Below, one piece after another: positions 11,231 through 21,349 of a DNA stretch of 64,000 nucleotides (positions are counted from its first letter, which is position 1; each line of letters opens with the position of its first letter). The position numbers were made by a program, and so were the translations under genes. The stretch spans positions 1 to 64,000 of the forward strand of contig DATFEP010000043.1 in the NCBI GenBank assembly GCA_035250975.1, given 5' to 3'. Origin of the DNA: Nitrososphaeraceae archaeon (GTDB taxonomy: Archaea; Thermoproteota; Nitrososphaeria; Nitrososphaerales; Nitrososphaeraceae). Below the pieces are notes generated by a model, which was not told the origin of the DNA, ran no database searches, and worked only from the letters and a program-made list of their open reading frames with translations.

Positions 11231-11875
11231 TTGAAGAAATTAACAAAATACTGTTTTTTCATTCTATTTAGTGTTATTGTTATATTTTTCAATCTTAATT
11301 TTTTTGATAATTCAATAAGTGGTCATAAACAAAATGATGAGTTAAAAAGACAAATAGAAATTTGTTGTACGTGGGGTGATACACTCGAAGATGGAATACT
11401 GACTTTTGAGATAATTAATGCAAAACCCGAATCAAAAAAGCTTGTTAAAGCCGCTTTCAGCTATTGGGATCAAAATCTTTATGTATTAAGATTTAAAGAA
11501 GCTGATGATAAAGAAAAGGTAGATATTAGTGTCTCTTTTGGGAGCGACAATGGAAAAGTAGCAGGTCAAACGATAACTCATTTTGATTCAAAAGGATTTA
11601 TTTATAGTAACAAAATTTTTCTAGCTGAAAATGCTTTCACAAAAAAACTAAGTAATAATTTGATAGAATATATTGCTAAGCACGAGATTGGTCATGTATT
11701 AGGTCTTGGTCATGCAAATTTTGATGACTCTTTGATGTCTTCTTTGGTATATAATACAAATAACAAAATCGATCAGTGTGATATAGAAGCTGTAATACAA
11801 GCTAACAAATGGAAATTTATTGATAATTCCGTCGTTCCTCAGCTAACCAAAAATAAAAATTATATATGTAAATAA
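11231..11875 (+). CDS. matrixin-like (metzincin) Zn metalloprotease, exported
   Basis: HEIGHVLGLGH plus Met-turn SLMS; N-terminal TM/signal. Confidence 0.88.
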   Translation: MKKLTKYCFFILFSVIVIFFNLNFFDNSISGHKQNDELKRQIEICCTWGDTLEDGILTFEIINAKPESKKLVKAAFSYWDQNLYVLRFKEADDKEKVDISVSFGSDNGKVAGQTITHFDSKGFIYSNKIFLAENAFTKKLSNNLIEYIAKHEIGHVLGLGHANFDDSLMSSLVYNTNNKIDQCDIEAVIQANKWKFIDNSVVPQLTKNKNYICK

Positions 11876-12167
11876 TATATTATAGTTGTAACATATATTC
11901 TATTTATAATAAGGTACAATAATTAATTTTAATTTTTATCTCTGGTATTCTATTAAAAAAATTCTTTGTAATATAGATTTCACGGAATCTTTTTGGGTCG
12001 GAATTATTTCTTTTACGGTAACATAATATAAATATAGAATTGCATTAAATATATAAAATATTAAAATAACATATAACACTTTCCGAAAACAATTTTATAA
12101 ATTTGAACCTTACATGATGATGTTAATGATGATGATAATTGATTAACGGTTAGTAACATAAAAATAC

Positions 12168-12440
12168 TTAATCTTGTATGTTATGATCTTTATCATCTGG
12201 AGTGATTAATTCCATAACCTTTGAATATAAATATAGAAATCTTCTTCCTTTATCTGTAATTCTGAATATCTGTTCCTTTTCAAGGTATTCAATTAATTCT
12301 CTTTCTAATAGTATTGAAAGATATTCTTTTAATTGACTATAAGAAAGAAAAGCTTTATACATTATTTTTGTTTTAGCTGCACCATCTTTAGTAGCCTCCA
12401 ATATTAGCGCTACTATATCAGTTCTACTTCTATATTTCAT
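12168..12440 (-). CDS. winged-HTH transcriptional regulator
   Basis: MKYRSRTDI...KTKIMYKAFLSY...ITDKG pattern. Confidence 0.85.
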   Translation of the reverse strand: MKYRSRTDIVALILEATKDGAAKTKIMYKAFLSYSQLKEYLSILLERELIEYLEKEQIFRITDKGRRFLYLYSKVMELITPDDKDHNIQD

Positions 12441-12496
12441 AGATAAATGTTATAGAACAAATGCTTCATAAAAATTGATCGCAGAAAAGATATAAT

Positions 12497-12757
12497 CTAT
12501 TGACCTTTTGACTTTGAATCAAGTTCAATTAACAATTGTTGACCTTTTTTTGTTATAGAATAATTCCTGGAACTTTTTTTTATATATTCTTTCATTCTTT
12601 CAATATGGTAATAAATTGAACCGGTTGATAACGCAGTGGCATTTTGAATGTCAGAAAAACCAGCAGAACCATTTTTTTCAGATATAGCACGTAATATCCT
12701 TATACGAGTTCTTCTAGCACGGAGTTGAGTCTCCCCTATCAATAAAAGTAATAACAA
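12497..12757 (-). CDS. winged-HTH (ArsR-like) protein
   Basis: RIRIL...FSDI...LSTGSIYYH...YSITKKG. Confidence 0.75.
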   Translation of the reverse strand: MLLLLLIGETQLRARRTRIRILRAISEKNGSAGFSDIQNATALSTGSIYYHIERMKEYIKKSSRNYSITKKGQQLLIELDSKSKGQ

Positions 12758-12934
12758 TAGAAATTATTTATTTTTTACTAAAGAAAATAGAATTTATAAA
12801 GAAGATAAAGAGTCATATAATTATATTATAAAAAAATATCAAATTTCACATTTTCTTATGCAAATAACTTAGCTCTAAAATCTTCGTAAGACTTATAGAC
12901 ATAACATATACTAATCTTATCTGCGATGTAATAT

Positions 12935-13070
12935 GGGGTCGTAGCGAAGCCAGGCATCGCAACGGGCTCCAGATCAAAATTTAGGGCTGGTCTCAGTAGG
13001 AAGAAACCCGTAGGTCAAGGGTTCAAATGGTAATGGTTTTTCATTATCAGAACAGCTCCCTTCGGCCCCA
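12935..13070 (+). tRNA. tRNA-Trp(CCA) with two introns (anticodon loop about 12973-13005; T-loop about 13027-13055)
   Basis: acceptor GGGGTCG/CGGCCCC-A, D-stem GCGA/TCGC, anticodon stem ACGGG/CCCGT; T-loop intron with BHB helix GTTC/GAAC. Confidence 0.9.
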
Positions 13071-13188
13071 TTTGCAAATTCTAAAATTGAACTGTACTTA
13101 AATAAAGAGTCAGATAGATGTTCATATCAAAAGATACTCTCCCTCTCCCTCTTAGGTTACTGTATATATTAATATGAGAAAATTTTAG

Positions 13189-14265
13189 ATGACGTATATG
13201 GAAAAAGAATCAAAATCTAATGGAAGTATAGCAATAATCGATCTTGATATTCAAGATATTGAAGGAGTTGGTCCTACAACAGCTAGAAAATTGAAAGATG
13301 CAGGTATTGTTTCGGTGATGGATCTAGCAGTATCTAGTGCGGAAGAATTATCAGAAAGTATTAATGCTACAAAAGAAACTGCTGCTTCTTTTATAATAGC
13401 AGCTCAAAAATTATTAAGAGAAACAAATGTTTTAGATAAGGAATTTGTTACCGCTGATGCAGCATTACAAAAAAGGCGATCAATGTTAAGATGCTCAACT
13501 GGATCATATGCATTAGATGATCTGTTACTTGGTGGAATAGAGACACAAGCCATGACTGAATTTTATGGAGAATTTGGTTCAGGAAAATCGCAAGTATGTC
13601 ATACATTATGTGTTATGGCAAAACAACCAATAGAAGCAGGAGGTTTAGAAAGCAGTGTAATATATATTGATACAGAGGGGACGTTTAGACCTGAGAGAGT
13701 TGAACAAATAGCTAGATCAAGAGGATTTGATCCAACTGAAATTCTGAAAAATGTTGCTGTTTGTAAGGTTTATAATAGTTCACATCTAGAGCTAATAGTA
13801 AAAGATTTAGGAAAATATATTGATGATTTTAAAGCAAAATTAGTAGTAATTGATAGTATTATCTCTCTTCATAGAGCAGAATTTTCTGGAAGAGGAACAT
13901 TAGCCGATAGACAACAGAGACTAAACAATATGCTACATAAATTGATTAGACTAGCAGAAATATACAATATAGCTATAGTTATAACAAATCAAGTACAATC
14001 ATCACCAGATACGTTCTTTGGTGACCCAACAAAAGCTACTGGAGGTAATGTGCTTGGACATGCATCTACATATAGAATTTATCTAAGAAAATCTGGAGAA
14101 AATAGAGTAGCAAAGATGATGGATTCTCCTTATCACCCATATTCAGATACAAGGTTTACTGTTACTGAGAGAGGCGCCGATGACATAGATGAACAGACTA
14201 CAAAGAAAGGAAATAAAAAAACATCAAAGAAGAATGAAATTGATAATGAAGAAGAAGATGAATAA
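13189..14265 (+). CDS. radA: DNA repair and recombination protein RadA
   Basis: HhH N-domain, GEFGSGKSQ Walker A, YIDTEGTFRPER. Confidence 0.97.
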   Translation: MTYMEKESKSNGSIAIIDLDIQDIEGVGPTTARKLKDAGIVSVMDLAVSSAEELSESINATKETAASFIIAAQKLLRETNVLDKEFVTADAALQKRRSMLRCSTGSYALDDLLLGGIETQAMTEFYGEFGSGKSQVCHTLCVMAKQPIEAGGLESSVIYIDTEGTFRPERVEQIARSRGFDPTEILKNVAVCKVYNSSHLELIVKDLGKYIDDFKAKLVVIDSIISLHRAEFSGRGTLADRQQRLNNMLHKLIRLAEIYNIAIVITNQVQSSPDTFFGDPTKATGGNVLGHASTYRIYLRKSGENRVAKMMDSPYHPYSDTRFTVTERGADDIDEQTTKKGNKKTSKKNEIDNEEEDE

Positions 14266-14284
14266 TATTTTTTGAAACATTTTT

Positions 14285-14557
14285 TTATTGATATGATAGC
14301 TTTCTATTTGAATACCACTTTCCAAACCTAATCATCGTTATACCAACTGAAATAACAAGTAAGACGATTAATAATAAAATTGGCTGGATAAGAAGATTTA
14401 GTGGATATGGTGCTTCGGAAAAATAAATGCATTTAATATCACTATTGCATTCTTTAATAACTGGAAATGCAAGTAATGTAACAGCAAAAACTATTAAGGA
14501 AATTGTTCCTATTGATGCGACTACTGCGCCTAATTTTATTATCAGGGATATATTCAC
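14285..14557 (-). CDS. small 2-TM membrane protein
   Basis: two hydrophobic helices with a Cys pair in the loop. Confidence 0.6.
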   Translation of the reverse strand: MNISLIIKLGAVVASIGTISLIVFAVTLLAFPVIKECNSDIKCIYFSEAPYPLNLLIQPILLLIVLLVISVGITMIRFGKWYSNRKLSYQ

Positions 14558-14603
14558 AGAAAATTGATAGTAAATTTAGAATTACTTCTTTTAAACTTTA
14601 GTA

Positions 14604-15224
14604 TTATAGCTTTGATATGTCCATTGTTACAAAGCTATAGTAATTGTCCTGTGATACTTTGGAAAAATGGTTATTATAATACAAAAAAGGAAGCTCTTTG
14701 TATGTGTGTTCATCCCATAAATCATGAACCTTGTCAAAATATTCTTTTTTGGTTTTACCTTTGATCCTCAAAATTTCATGTAATAATATATGAGATATTC
14801 TAGCACAATTAGAATCAGCAAAAAATTTTGAACGTTGCTCATCTGAAATTATCTTGTTAGGCCTTATCCAATATAACATTCCAAAATTATTTGTAGCATA
14901 TCCATCAACATGACAATCACTCCAAAATGGTCTGAAATATGACAGGTAAAAATGATATATGGATTTTCCTCTCTGCTGATGGTCTCGTAAGAGATAAGCA
15001 AGTGAAGCTCTGTCAAATAATTTTCCTGGTATTATGGGGAGAATATCTGCAACTATACTAAAGTTTATATGAAAATATTTTTTTGACCACCAACGAAAGA
15101 AATTTACCATAGAAGATACATAATGCCAATCTTCCGATTGTAATCTTTCCCATTCTTCATTTCTTGCTACATAGATAAAGAATAATTGATTATTTGATAT
15201 CGATTGCATATTACATTCATTCAA
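14604..15224 (-). CDS. conserved hypothetical protein (zincin-like HILLHE motif)
   Basis: 206-aa aromatic-rich ORF. Confidence 0.7.
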   Translation of the reverse strand: MNECNMQSISNNQLFFIYVARNEEWERLQSEDWHYVSSMVNFFRWWSKKYFHINFSIVADILPIIPGKLFDRASLAYLLRDHQQRGKSIYHFYLSYFRPFWSDCHVDGYATNNFGMLYWIRPNKIISDEQRSKFFADSNCARISHILLHEILRIKGKTKKEYFDKVHDLWDEHTYKELPFLYYNNHFSKVSQDNYYSFVTMDISKL

Positions 15225-15236
15225 AAAAAGATAAAA

Positions 15237-15416
15237 TCAAATATGGTTGGAATTTGAACATCCGCAGTTGCAATTATTATTATTATCTTCAAACAATTTT
15301 CCCATTTTAAATTGCGAATAGCAATATGATTTGTGCATACGTTTAATCAATTCATAATCAGAATTAAAACTATCTACAAAAGCAATACAATTTTTTAGAA
15401 CTTTTAACCCATCCAT
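15237..15416 (-). CDS. small Cys-rich protein (59 aa, below ORF-track cutoff)
   Basis: MDGLKVLKNCIAF...NNNNCNCGCSNSNHI*; ends 12 nt before the next co-oriented ORF; AT-rich TATA-like element upstream. Confidence 0.5.
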   Translation of the reverse strand: MDGLKVLKNCIAFVDSFNSDYELIKRMHKSYCYSQFKMGKLFEDNNNNCNCGCSNSNHI

Positions 15417-15564
15417 ACAAAAATATTATTGGAAAATATAATAAAAAACATTTCTATCCAATGCAAATTATAAGATAACAATTATGAACACACCTAAATT
15501 TTAAATTATGACAACCTAAAATCAATCATAATTATATTAAAGATATCTTATTAATAATAGATCA

Positions 15565-16437
15565 TTGAAGGATGTTGAATCAATAATTAATGATTGGAAA
15601 ACAAATGTAGTTGAACCAATTATAAAAGTAAACGATCTTGATAAGATTATGAATTCTGCATTACAATTATCAAAAATATTATATGATGATGATCTGGATT
15701 TAGAGAAAAATCTTCATGATATTAGACTCTTGCAGAGAGAACTTAATGACAAAGTAAAAGAAAGATCTAAGAAAGAGATAGTAAATAGACCTACACAAAT
15801 AATAGAAATAATTAATGAATTTATGTTTAAAGAAAAAGAATTTAGATCAAACATTCATGATTATCAAAATCCGATGAATAATTTCTTGAATGTGGTGTTG
15901 CAAAAGAGAATAGGAATTCCAATTACCTTATCAATTATCTATATTTCACTGGGAAATTCAATTAATTTTAGATTATATCCAATTAATTTTCCAGGTCATT
16001 TCTTGGTAAAACATATTCTAGATGAAAATAGAAACGAGATCATAATAGATCCATTCAATCAAGGAAGGATCATGGATGATTATTCACTAAAAAATATACT
16101 GGATAGATTTTTTCCACATCAAAAGATCCTGGTAACTAAATCATTACTAGAAAAAACAACACTTTCACATGTAATAATAAGGTTACTTAATAACCTAAAA
16201 GAAAGTTTTTTTGAAATGCAAGAATTTGAGAGACTAAATATAGCTAATGAGATGATATTATCTATAGATCCCCAAAATTCTCATGCAATAAGGGACAAAG
16301 GAATAATTTTATATGATAAAAATCCACAAAAAGCAGAAGAATTGCTAATTAAATATCTTGAGCTTGAACCCGAAGCTAATGATGCTGATTCAGTTTTAAA
16401 TACCATTAGGAATTTGAGAGAAAGAAAACATTTTTAA
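15565..16437 (+). CDS. SirB1-like transglutaminase-core protein with C-terminal TPR
   Basis: RIGIPITLS, NFPGHFLVK, IDPFNQG, RLLNNLK, RDKG. Confidence 0.88.
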   Translation: MKDVESIINDWKTNVVEPIIKVNDLDKIMNSALQLSKILYDDDLDLEKNLHDIRLLQRELNDKVKERSKKEIVNRPTQIIEIINEFMFKEKEFRSNIHDYQNPMNNFLNVVLQKRIGIPITLSIIYISLGNSINFRLYPINFPGHFLVKHILDENRNEIIIDPFNQGRIMDDYSLKNILDRFFPHQKILVTKSLLEKTTLSHVIIRLLNNLKESFFEMQEFERLNIANEMILSIDPQNSHAIRDKGIILYDKNPQKAEELLIKYLELEPEANDADSVLNTIRNLRERKHF

Positions 16438-16504
16438 TTTATCGATATTTGTTCGAAAATGGACAAGTCCTTTTTTTAACTTTATCAAAAAACTGGCGAT
16501 TAAT

Positions 16505-17026
16505 TTAAATAAAATCTAACCAAGGCACAAGGTCTTCTCTTCTTAATTTATCAATTTTTATTTTAGCTTCTTCTAATATTTTACCACCATCTTCAGGATA
16601 ATCATTAAGAACTACAATTCTTTTGATCCCTACAGTTATGCACATTTTGCTACATTCCAAACATGGTGCGAAGGTGCTATAGAGTGTAGTTCCACTGGTA
16701 CTAGTTGCATTTCCAAATAAGGCGCACTGCATAATAGCATTTGCTTCAGCATGAGTACATAGACATCGATGTAAACCATCTCCAGAACTCAATTCGCCGT
16801 TCTTTCTTGATTGACATCTACTACAGCCACCATCGATACAATTCTTGATTCCAGGAGGAGTACCATTATAACCTGTAGCGATTTGACGGTTGTCTTTAAC
16901 TATAACAGATCCTATTTGACGTGTAATACAGTTTGAACGTAATTTAGCAATTTCAGCTTGGAGCATAAAATACACGTCCCAATTTGGTCGCACCTTGTTC
17001 CAATTTATTTTATTTACTTTATTCAT
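16505..17026 (-). CDS. dCMP deaminase family protein
   Basis: WDVYFM, GYNG, HAEANA, PCLEC. Confidence 0.92.
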   Translation of the reverse strand: MNKVNKINWNKVRPNWDVYFMLQAEIAKLRSNCITRQIGSVIVKDNRQIATGYNGTPPGIKNCIDGGCSRCQSRKNGELSSGDGLHRCLCTHAEANAIMQCALFGNATSTSGTTLYSTFAPCLECSKMCITVGIKRIVVLNDYPEDGGKILEEAKIKIDKLRREDLVPWLDFI

Positions 17027-17132
17027 TTTTTATATCTCATAACAATTTATCTGAACTTTTTGTTATATTAATTATAAAAATATTTAAAGGAATTTTTATA
17101 GATCTATTTCAAATAATGGAAGTGATATTTTA

Positions 17133-17684
17133 GTGCACACATCATTACAAAAAAAAGATGAAAAATACGCAAGAACTATTTACTTGATGGTTTTTTATCT
17201 TTGTGCGATAATAATGATATTGATTACTTTTTATTCTTTATATGTCAGTATTGATGAGTATTTAAAAACTGGTAAAGTTGTTATAGGAGAAGTTTTAGTG
17301 TATACTGAATTTCCTGTCCCAGGATTGGCAAAACTGATAACCTATTTAATGATCGTAACAGTGGTTGGATGGTATTGCGTAACGAAATTAGGTCAAAATA
17401 AAGTGAAAAATATCCCCGAATCGGTAAAAGCCGTTCTTCAGCTTGTTGTTCTTGCAATTTTGGTTATATCGATTTATGAATTCATTTATAATTTCATCAT
17501 ATGGAATTCCTTTATAACAGTAGATGCCATCAATGGAATAATAAGGTTAGACGATTTAAGTGTTCCATATCCAAATCCAAACACGCCATGGAATCTAGTC
17601 TTTGCAACAAAAATGTCGTTATCAGCTTTGCTCATTTCAGCACATGGTTTCTATACAATTTCAAAACATAAAAATAATAATTAG
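17133..17684 (+). CDS. multi-pass membrane protein
   Basis: four hydrophobic segments. Confidence 0.75.
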   Translation: MHTSLQKKDEKYARTIYLMVFYLCAIIMILITFYSLYVSIDEYLKTGKVVIGEVLVYTEFPVPGLAKLITYLMIVTVVGWYCVTKLGQNKVKNIPESVKAVLQLVVLAILVISIYEFIYNFIIWNSFITVDAINGIIRLDDLSVPYPNPNTPWNLVFATKMSLSALLISAHGFYTISKHKNNN

Positions 17685-17702
17685 TCGAAAAAATAAAAAG
17701 TT

Positions 17703-19073
17703 CTATCCATATTGTGCAAATCTTTCAATAATCTTACATAAGCATTTGGTAATACTTGCTAAGAGATCTATTCTAGCATATTCATTTGGAGAATGAATTC
17801 TTGAATATACAAAAGTACAACCCAATGAGATTGATGGTGCGTGAAGGATATTTTGAAAACTATACATAGGACCGGTACCTGCCGATGAAATGTTCAAAAT
17901 GGTTTGTCCAAAAATTTCTTTTGCGCATTCATTTACCAGGTTAACAAAAGGATGATCATATGGAATTCGAGCAGCAGGTTCTCCATGAATGAATTTAATA
18001 TCAATATTTTTATTTCCTTTCTTTTCAACGTGTTTTTTTAAAAGCTCGAATTGTTTTTTTGGCATCATGTTGGGAACTAATCTAAAATCTAATTTTACCG
18101 TAGCATGTGAAGGTATAATGGTTTTAGCTCCTTGTTCTGTATAGCCAGAAACCATTCCAGCTATATTACAAGTTGGATATCCAGATAAAGCTCTTTTTAT
18201 TTCAGTATCTTTTATGTTACCTAAAAAACTGGTTATTCCATATTCTTTCTTGAAAGATTCTTCATCAAAAAGTTCAGCCGATAGAATAGATTCCTCCTCA
18301 GGTAAAAATTCCTTTATATCGTTATACCAATCTTCTATCAAGATTTTTCCATTTTCATTTACCATAGAATTAAGTAATTTTATTAATTTCCATGCAGGAT
18401 TTTCTATAATCACTGCCAAACTAGAATGAGTATCTTTGTTAGGACCAGAAGCAGTCAATTCAACATACAAAAGACCTTTCATTCCAAGACTGATTATTGG
18501 ATTATTCTTTTCGTTGACATAACCAAATTCCCAAATGATTCCATCACACCCAAATTTTTCTTTATACTTTACAAGATATTCTTCAATGTGATTACTGCCT
18601 ATTTCTTCTTCTCCTTCAACAATAAATTTTACATTACATGGTACATCCCCAGTTTCTTTAATGAAAGATTCTACTGCTTTTATTCTAGTTATTAATTCTC
18701 CCTTGTCATCAGATGCACCACGCCCATAAATATAATTACCAGAGATTTGACCACTAAAAGGAGGAAAATTCCATTGATTTAGTGGGTCTTCAGGTTGAAC
18801 ATCATAATGGTTATAAAATAGCAGTGTTTTTCCATTAGGATTTTTTTTAGATAGTAATTCTCCAAAAAGAATAGGAGGTATATTTTTTTCCTCATCAAGG
18901 TACAGAATTTCTGAATTTATTCCGGCGTTTGTCATCAACTTGTAGATCATTTCTGCACATTCTATAAGATTTTGATTTTTAGCAGAAACACTTGGTATTC
19001 TGATTAAAGTTTGTAGATCTGAAACCATTTCGTTGATATGAGAATCTATATATTTTTCTATTACGTTTCCCAT
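17703..19073 (-). CDS. M20 family peptidase/deacylase
   Basis: HYDVQP, GRGASDDKG, EGEEEIGS, HSPNE. Confidence 0.92.
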   Translation of the reverse strand: MGNVIEKYIDSHINEMVSDLQTLIRIPSVSAKNQNLIECAEMIYKLMTNAGINSEILYLDEEKNIPPILFGELLSKKNPNGKTLLFYNHYDVQPEDPLNQWNFPPFSGQISGNYIYGRGASDDKGELITRIKAVESFIKETGDVPCNVKFIVEGEEEIGSNHIEEYLVKYKEKFGCDGIIWEFGYVNEKNNPIISLGMKGLLYVELTASGPNKDTHSSLAVIIENPAWKLIKLLNSMVNENGKILIEDWYNDIKEFLPEEESILSAELFDEESFKKEYGITSFLGNIKDTEIKRALSGYPTCNIAGMVSGYTEQGAKTIIPSHATVKLDFRLVPNMMPKKQFELLKKHVEKKGNKNIDIKFIHGEPAARIPYDHPFVNLVNECAKEIFGQTILNISSAGTGPMYSFQNILHAPSISLGCTFVYSRIHSPNEYARIDLLASITKCLCKIIERFAQYG

Positions 19074-19146
19074 CGATTTAAAGCTCCATATCTACAATTT
19101 TAACTTTCAAATTGCATTGAATATAAGGAAAATAATGCATCATAAT

Positions 19147-19179
19147 ATAATAACTAGATAATAACTAGATAATAAGAGG
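19147..19179. repeat. 11-bp tandem repeat in divergent promoter region
   Basis: ATAATAACTAG x2 followed by ATAATAAGAGG. Confidence 0.7.
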
Positions 19180-19211
19180 AATAAATATAACCGTGATTTA
19201 GTGAAACGGTA

Positions 19212-21332
19212 TTGATGATATCATCATCTGTTCCGAAGAATATATTTTTTAATCCTAATTCTATTGCAGTAATAGGTGCCTCTGAAAAACCAGGTGTAGG
19301 AAAAGCAATATTTTCAAACATTGTAAATGGTTATAGTGGTAAAATTTTTCCTATCACTCCATCAAACCCAAGTGTATTGGGAGTAACTGCTTACAAAAGT
19401 GTTTTAGATGTCCCAGAAAATATTGATTTGGCTGTTATTGCCACACCTAATAAGATAGTTTCACAGGTCATGGAAGAAGTAGGAAAGAAGAAAATTAAGG
19501 CTGCAATAATAGTTTCAGCAGGATTCAAAGAGGTAGACGAAAATGGAGCTAAACTTGAGAGAGAAATTGGAGAAATTGGAGAAAAATATGGAACTCGAAT
19601 AATAGGTCCGAATTGTTTAGGTATAATGAGTCTATCGAAAAGTAACATGATGAATGCAACATTTTTAAAGATTACTCCAGAGTCTGGTGGAATAGCATTG
19701 GTATCACAAAGTGGAGCAATTTGTGCTGCTACGGTTGAAGATGCTATTGCACAAGGAATCGGATTTTCAAAAGTGATTAGTATGGGAAATAAGGTTGACA
19801 TGGATGAAAATGATATTTTAGAATTATTGGCTGATGATGAGGAAACAAAGGTGATTGTTATGTACCTTGAAGACATACATGATGGAAGAAAATTTATGAA
19901 AATAGCAAAAAAGATAACAAAAGAGAAGAAAAAGCCAATTCTTGTTCTAAAAGCTGGTAGGACGCCTGAGGGTGCAAAGGCTGCGATGTCTCACACAGGT
20001 GCTTTGATGGGTTCAGATGAAACCTATGACGCATTACTTCGTCAATCTGGTGTGATACGAGTAGATACAATGCAAGAATTATTTGAAATATCTACTGCAT
20101 TTTCAAAACAGCCGATACCATATGCAGAGGGTGGAGTAGTAATAGTTTCTAATGCAGGAGGACCGGCGATCATATCAACCGATTCATGTTCAAAATATGG
20201 ACTGAGAATGGCAGATATTTCTTCATCAAAGTCAGAAATATCAAAAATAATACCACCACATGGATCTGCAAGAAATCCTGTAGATATCGTTGGAGATGCA
20301 GATTTTAATAGGTTTGAGAGAGTCTTAATTGAGGTACTAAGTCATAAAAATGTTAGTGCAATAGTTACCATGTGTACTCCTTCAGCCACATTAGATTATA
20401 ATGATTTAGCAAAAACGATCATAAAGACATCCAATAACTCTGGAAAAACTATGTTGGCCGCATTAATGGGTTTAGCAGAAGGGGAAGAAAATAAAAAGAT
20501 CCTTTCGGATGGTGGCATTCCACATTTTATGTATGCCGAACCAGCTATAAGAACATTGGAAGCTATGTTTCGTTATAGTCGATGGTTAGAAAGAGATGAT
20601 TCACCTCCCAAAGAATTTCAAGTAGACAAGATGAGAGTAAAAAATGTCTTCGATAAAGTAAAAAAAGAAAATCGAAGAAATTTGCTTGAAGAGGAAGGTT
20701 ACGAAATCCTTAAAGCATATGGCTTTTCAACTCCAAAAAATTTTCTTGCTACAAATGAAGAAGAGGCGATAAAATCGTCTAATGAGATAGGCTATCCAGT
20801 TGTAATGAAGATCGTTTCACCAGAAATTGTACACAAATCTGAGTCAGGGGGTGTTAAAGTTGGAATAAGAAATCAAGATCAAGCTAGAAAAGCATTTAAT
20901 GATATATTAGCGAACGTTAAGAGTTATAATCCTAATGCCACTATAAAAGGAGTTTTGATACAAGAAATGATAGAGTCAGCAAAAGAGACGATTTTGGGTG
21001 CAAAAAGAGATCAGTTGGTTGGACCGTTGATCATGTTTGGACTTGGAGGAATTTATGTTGAAATCCTTAAAGATGTTGTATTTAGATTGGCACCAATAAA
21101 TGGTCAAGATGCTAAAGAAATGACAGAATCTATAAAAACCATCAAACTTTTAAAAGGAGTAAGAGGAGAACAGCCATCAGATATAGAAGGGATAGAAGAA
21201 AGTTTACAACGCTTATCCCAATTAGTAACTGATTTTCCAGAAATAGAGGAATTTGATATGAATCCTTTGCTAGTATTAGAAAAGGGTAAAGGAGTAAGAG
21301 CAGTTGATGTGAGGATAGGACTTCGAGAGTAA
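19212..21332 (+). CDS. ADP-forming acyl-CoA synthetase, probably 4-hydroxybutyrate-CoA ligase of the 3HP/4HB cycle
   Basis: CoA-binding domain, GPNCLG, SQSGA, phospho-His SHTG, fused ATP-grasp HKSE; resembles the thaumarchaeal enzyme as recalled. Confidence 0.85.
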   Translation: MMISSSVPKNIFFNPNSIAVIGASEKPGVGKAIFSNIVNGYSGKIFPITPSNPSVLGVTAYKSVLDVPENIDLAVIATPNKIVSQVMEEVGKKKIKAAIIVSAGFKEVDENGAKLEREIGEIGEKYGTRIIGPNCLGIMSLSKSNMMNATFLKITPESGGIALVSQSGAICAATVEDAIAQGIGFSKVISMGNKVDMDENDILELLADDEETKVIVMYLEDIHDGRKFMKIAKKITKEKKKPILVLKAGRTPEGAKAAMSHTGALMGSDETYDALLRQSGVIRVDTMQELFEISTAFSKQPIPYAEGGVVIVSNAGGPAIISTDSCSKYGLRMADISSSKSEISKIIPPHGSARNPVDIVGDADFNRFERVLIEVLSHKNVSAIVTMCTPSATLDYNDLAKTIIKTSNNSGKTMLAALMGLAEGEENKKILSDGGIPHFMYAEPAIRTLEAMFRYSRWLERDDSPPKEFQVDKMRVKNVFDKVKKENRRNLLEEEGYEILKAYGFSTPKNFLATNEEEAIKSSNEIGYPVVMKIVSPEIVHKSESGGVKVGIRNQDQARKAFNDILANVKSYNPNATIKGVLIQEMIESAKETILGAKRDQLVGPLIMFGLGGIYVEILKDVVFRLAPINGQDAKEMTESIKTIKLLKGVRGEQPSDIEGIEESLQRLSQLVTDFPEIEEFDMNPLLVLEKGKGVRAVDVRIGLRE

Positions 21333-21349
21333 AATATGTTTAAATTAAA

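Noticed and set aside
13158-13169. TACTGTATATAT upstream of radA resembling an E. coli LexA half-site
   Set aside because: Second half-site is missing, it overlaps the likely TATA box, and archaea lack LexA
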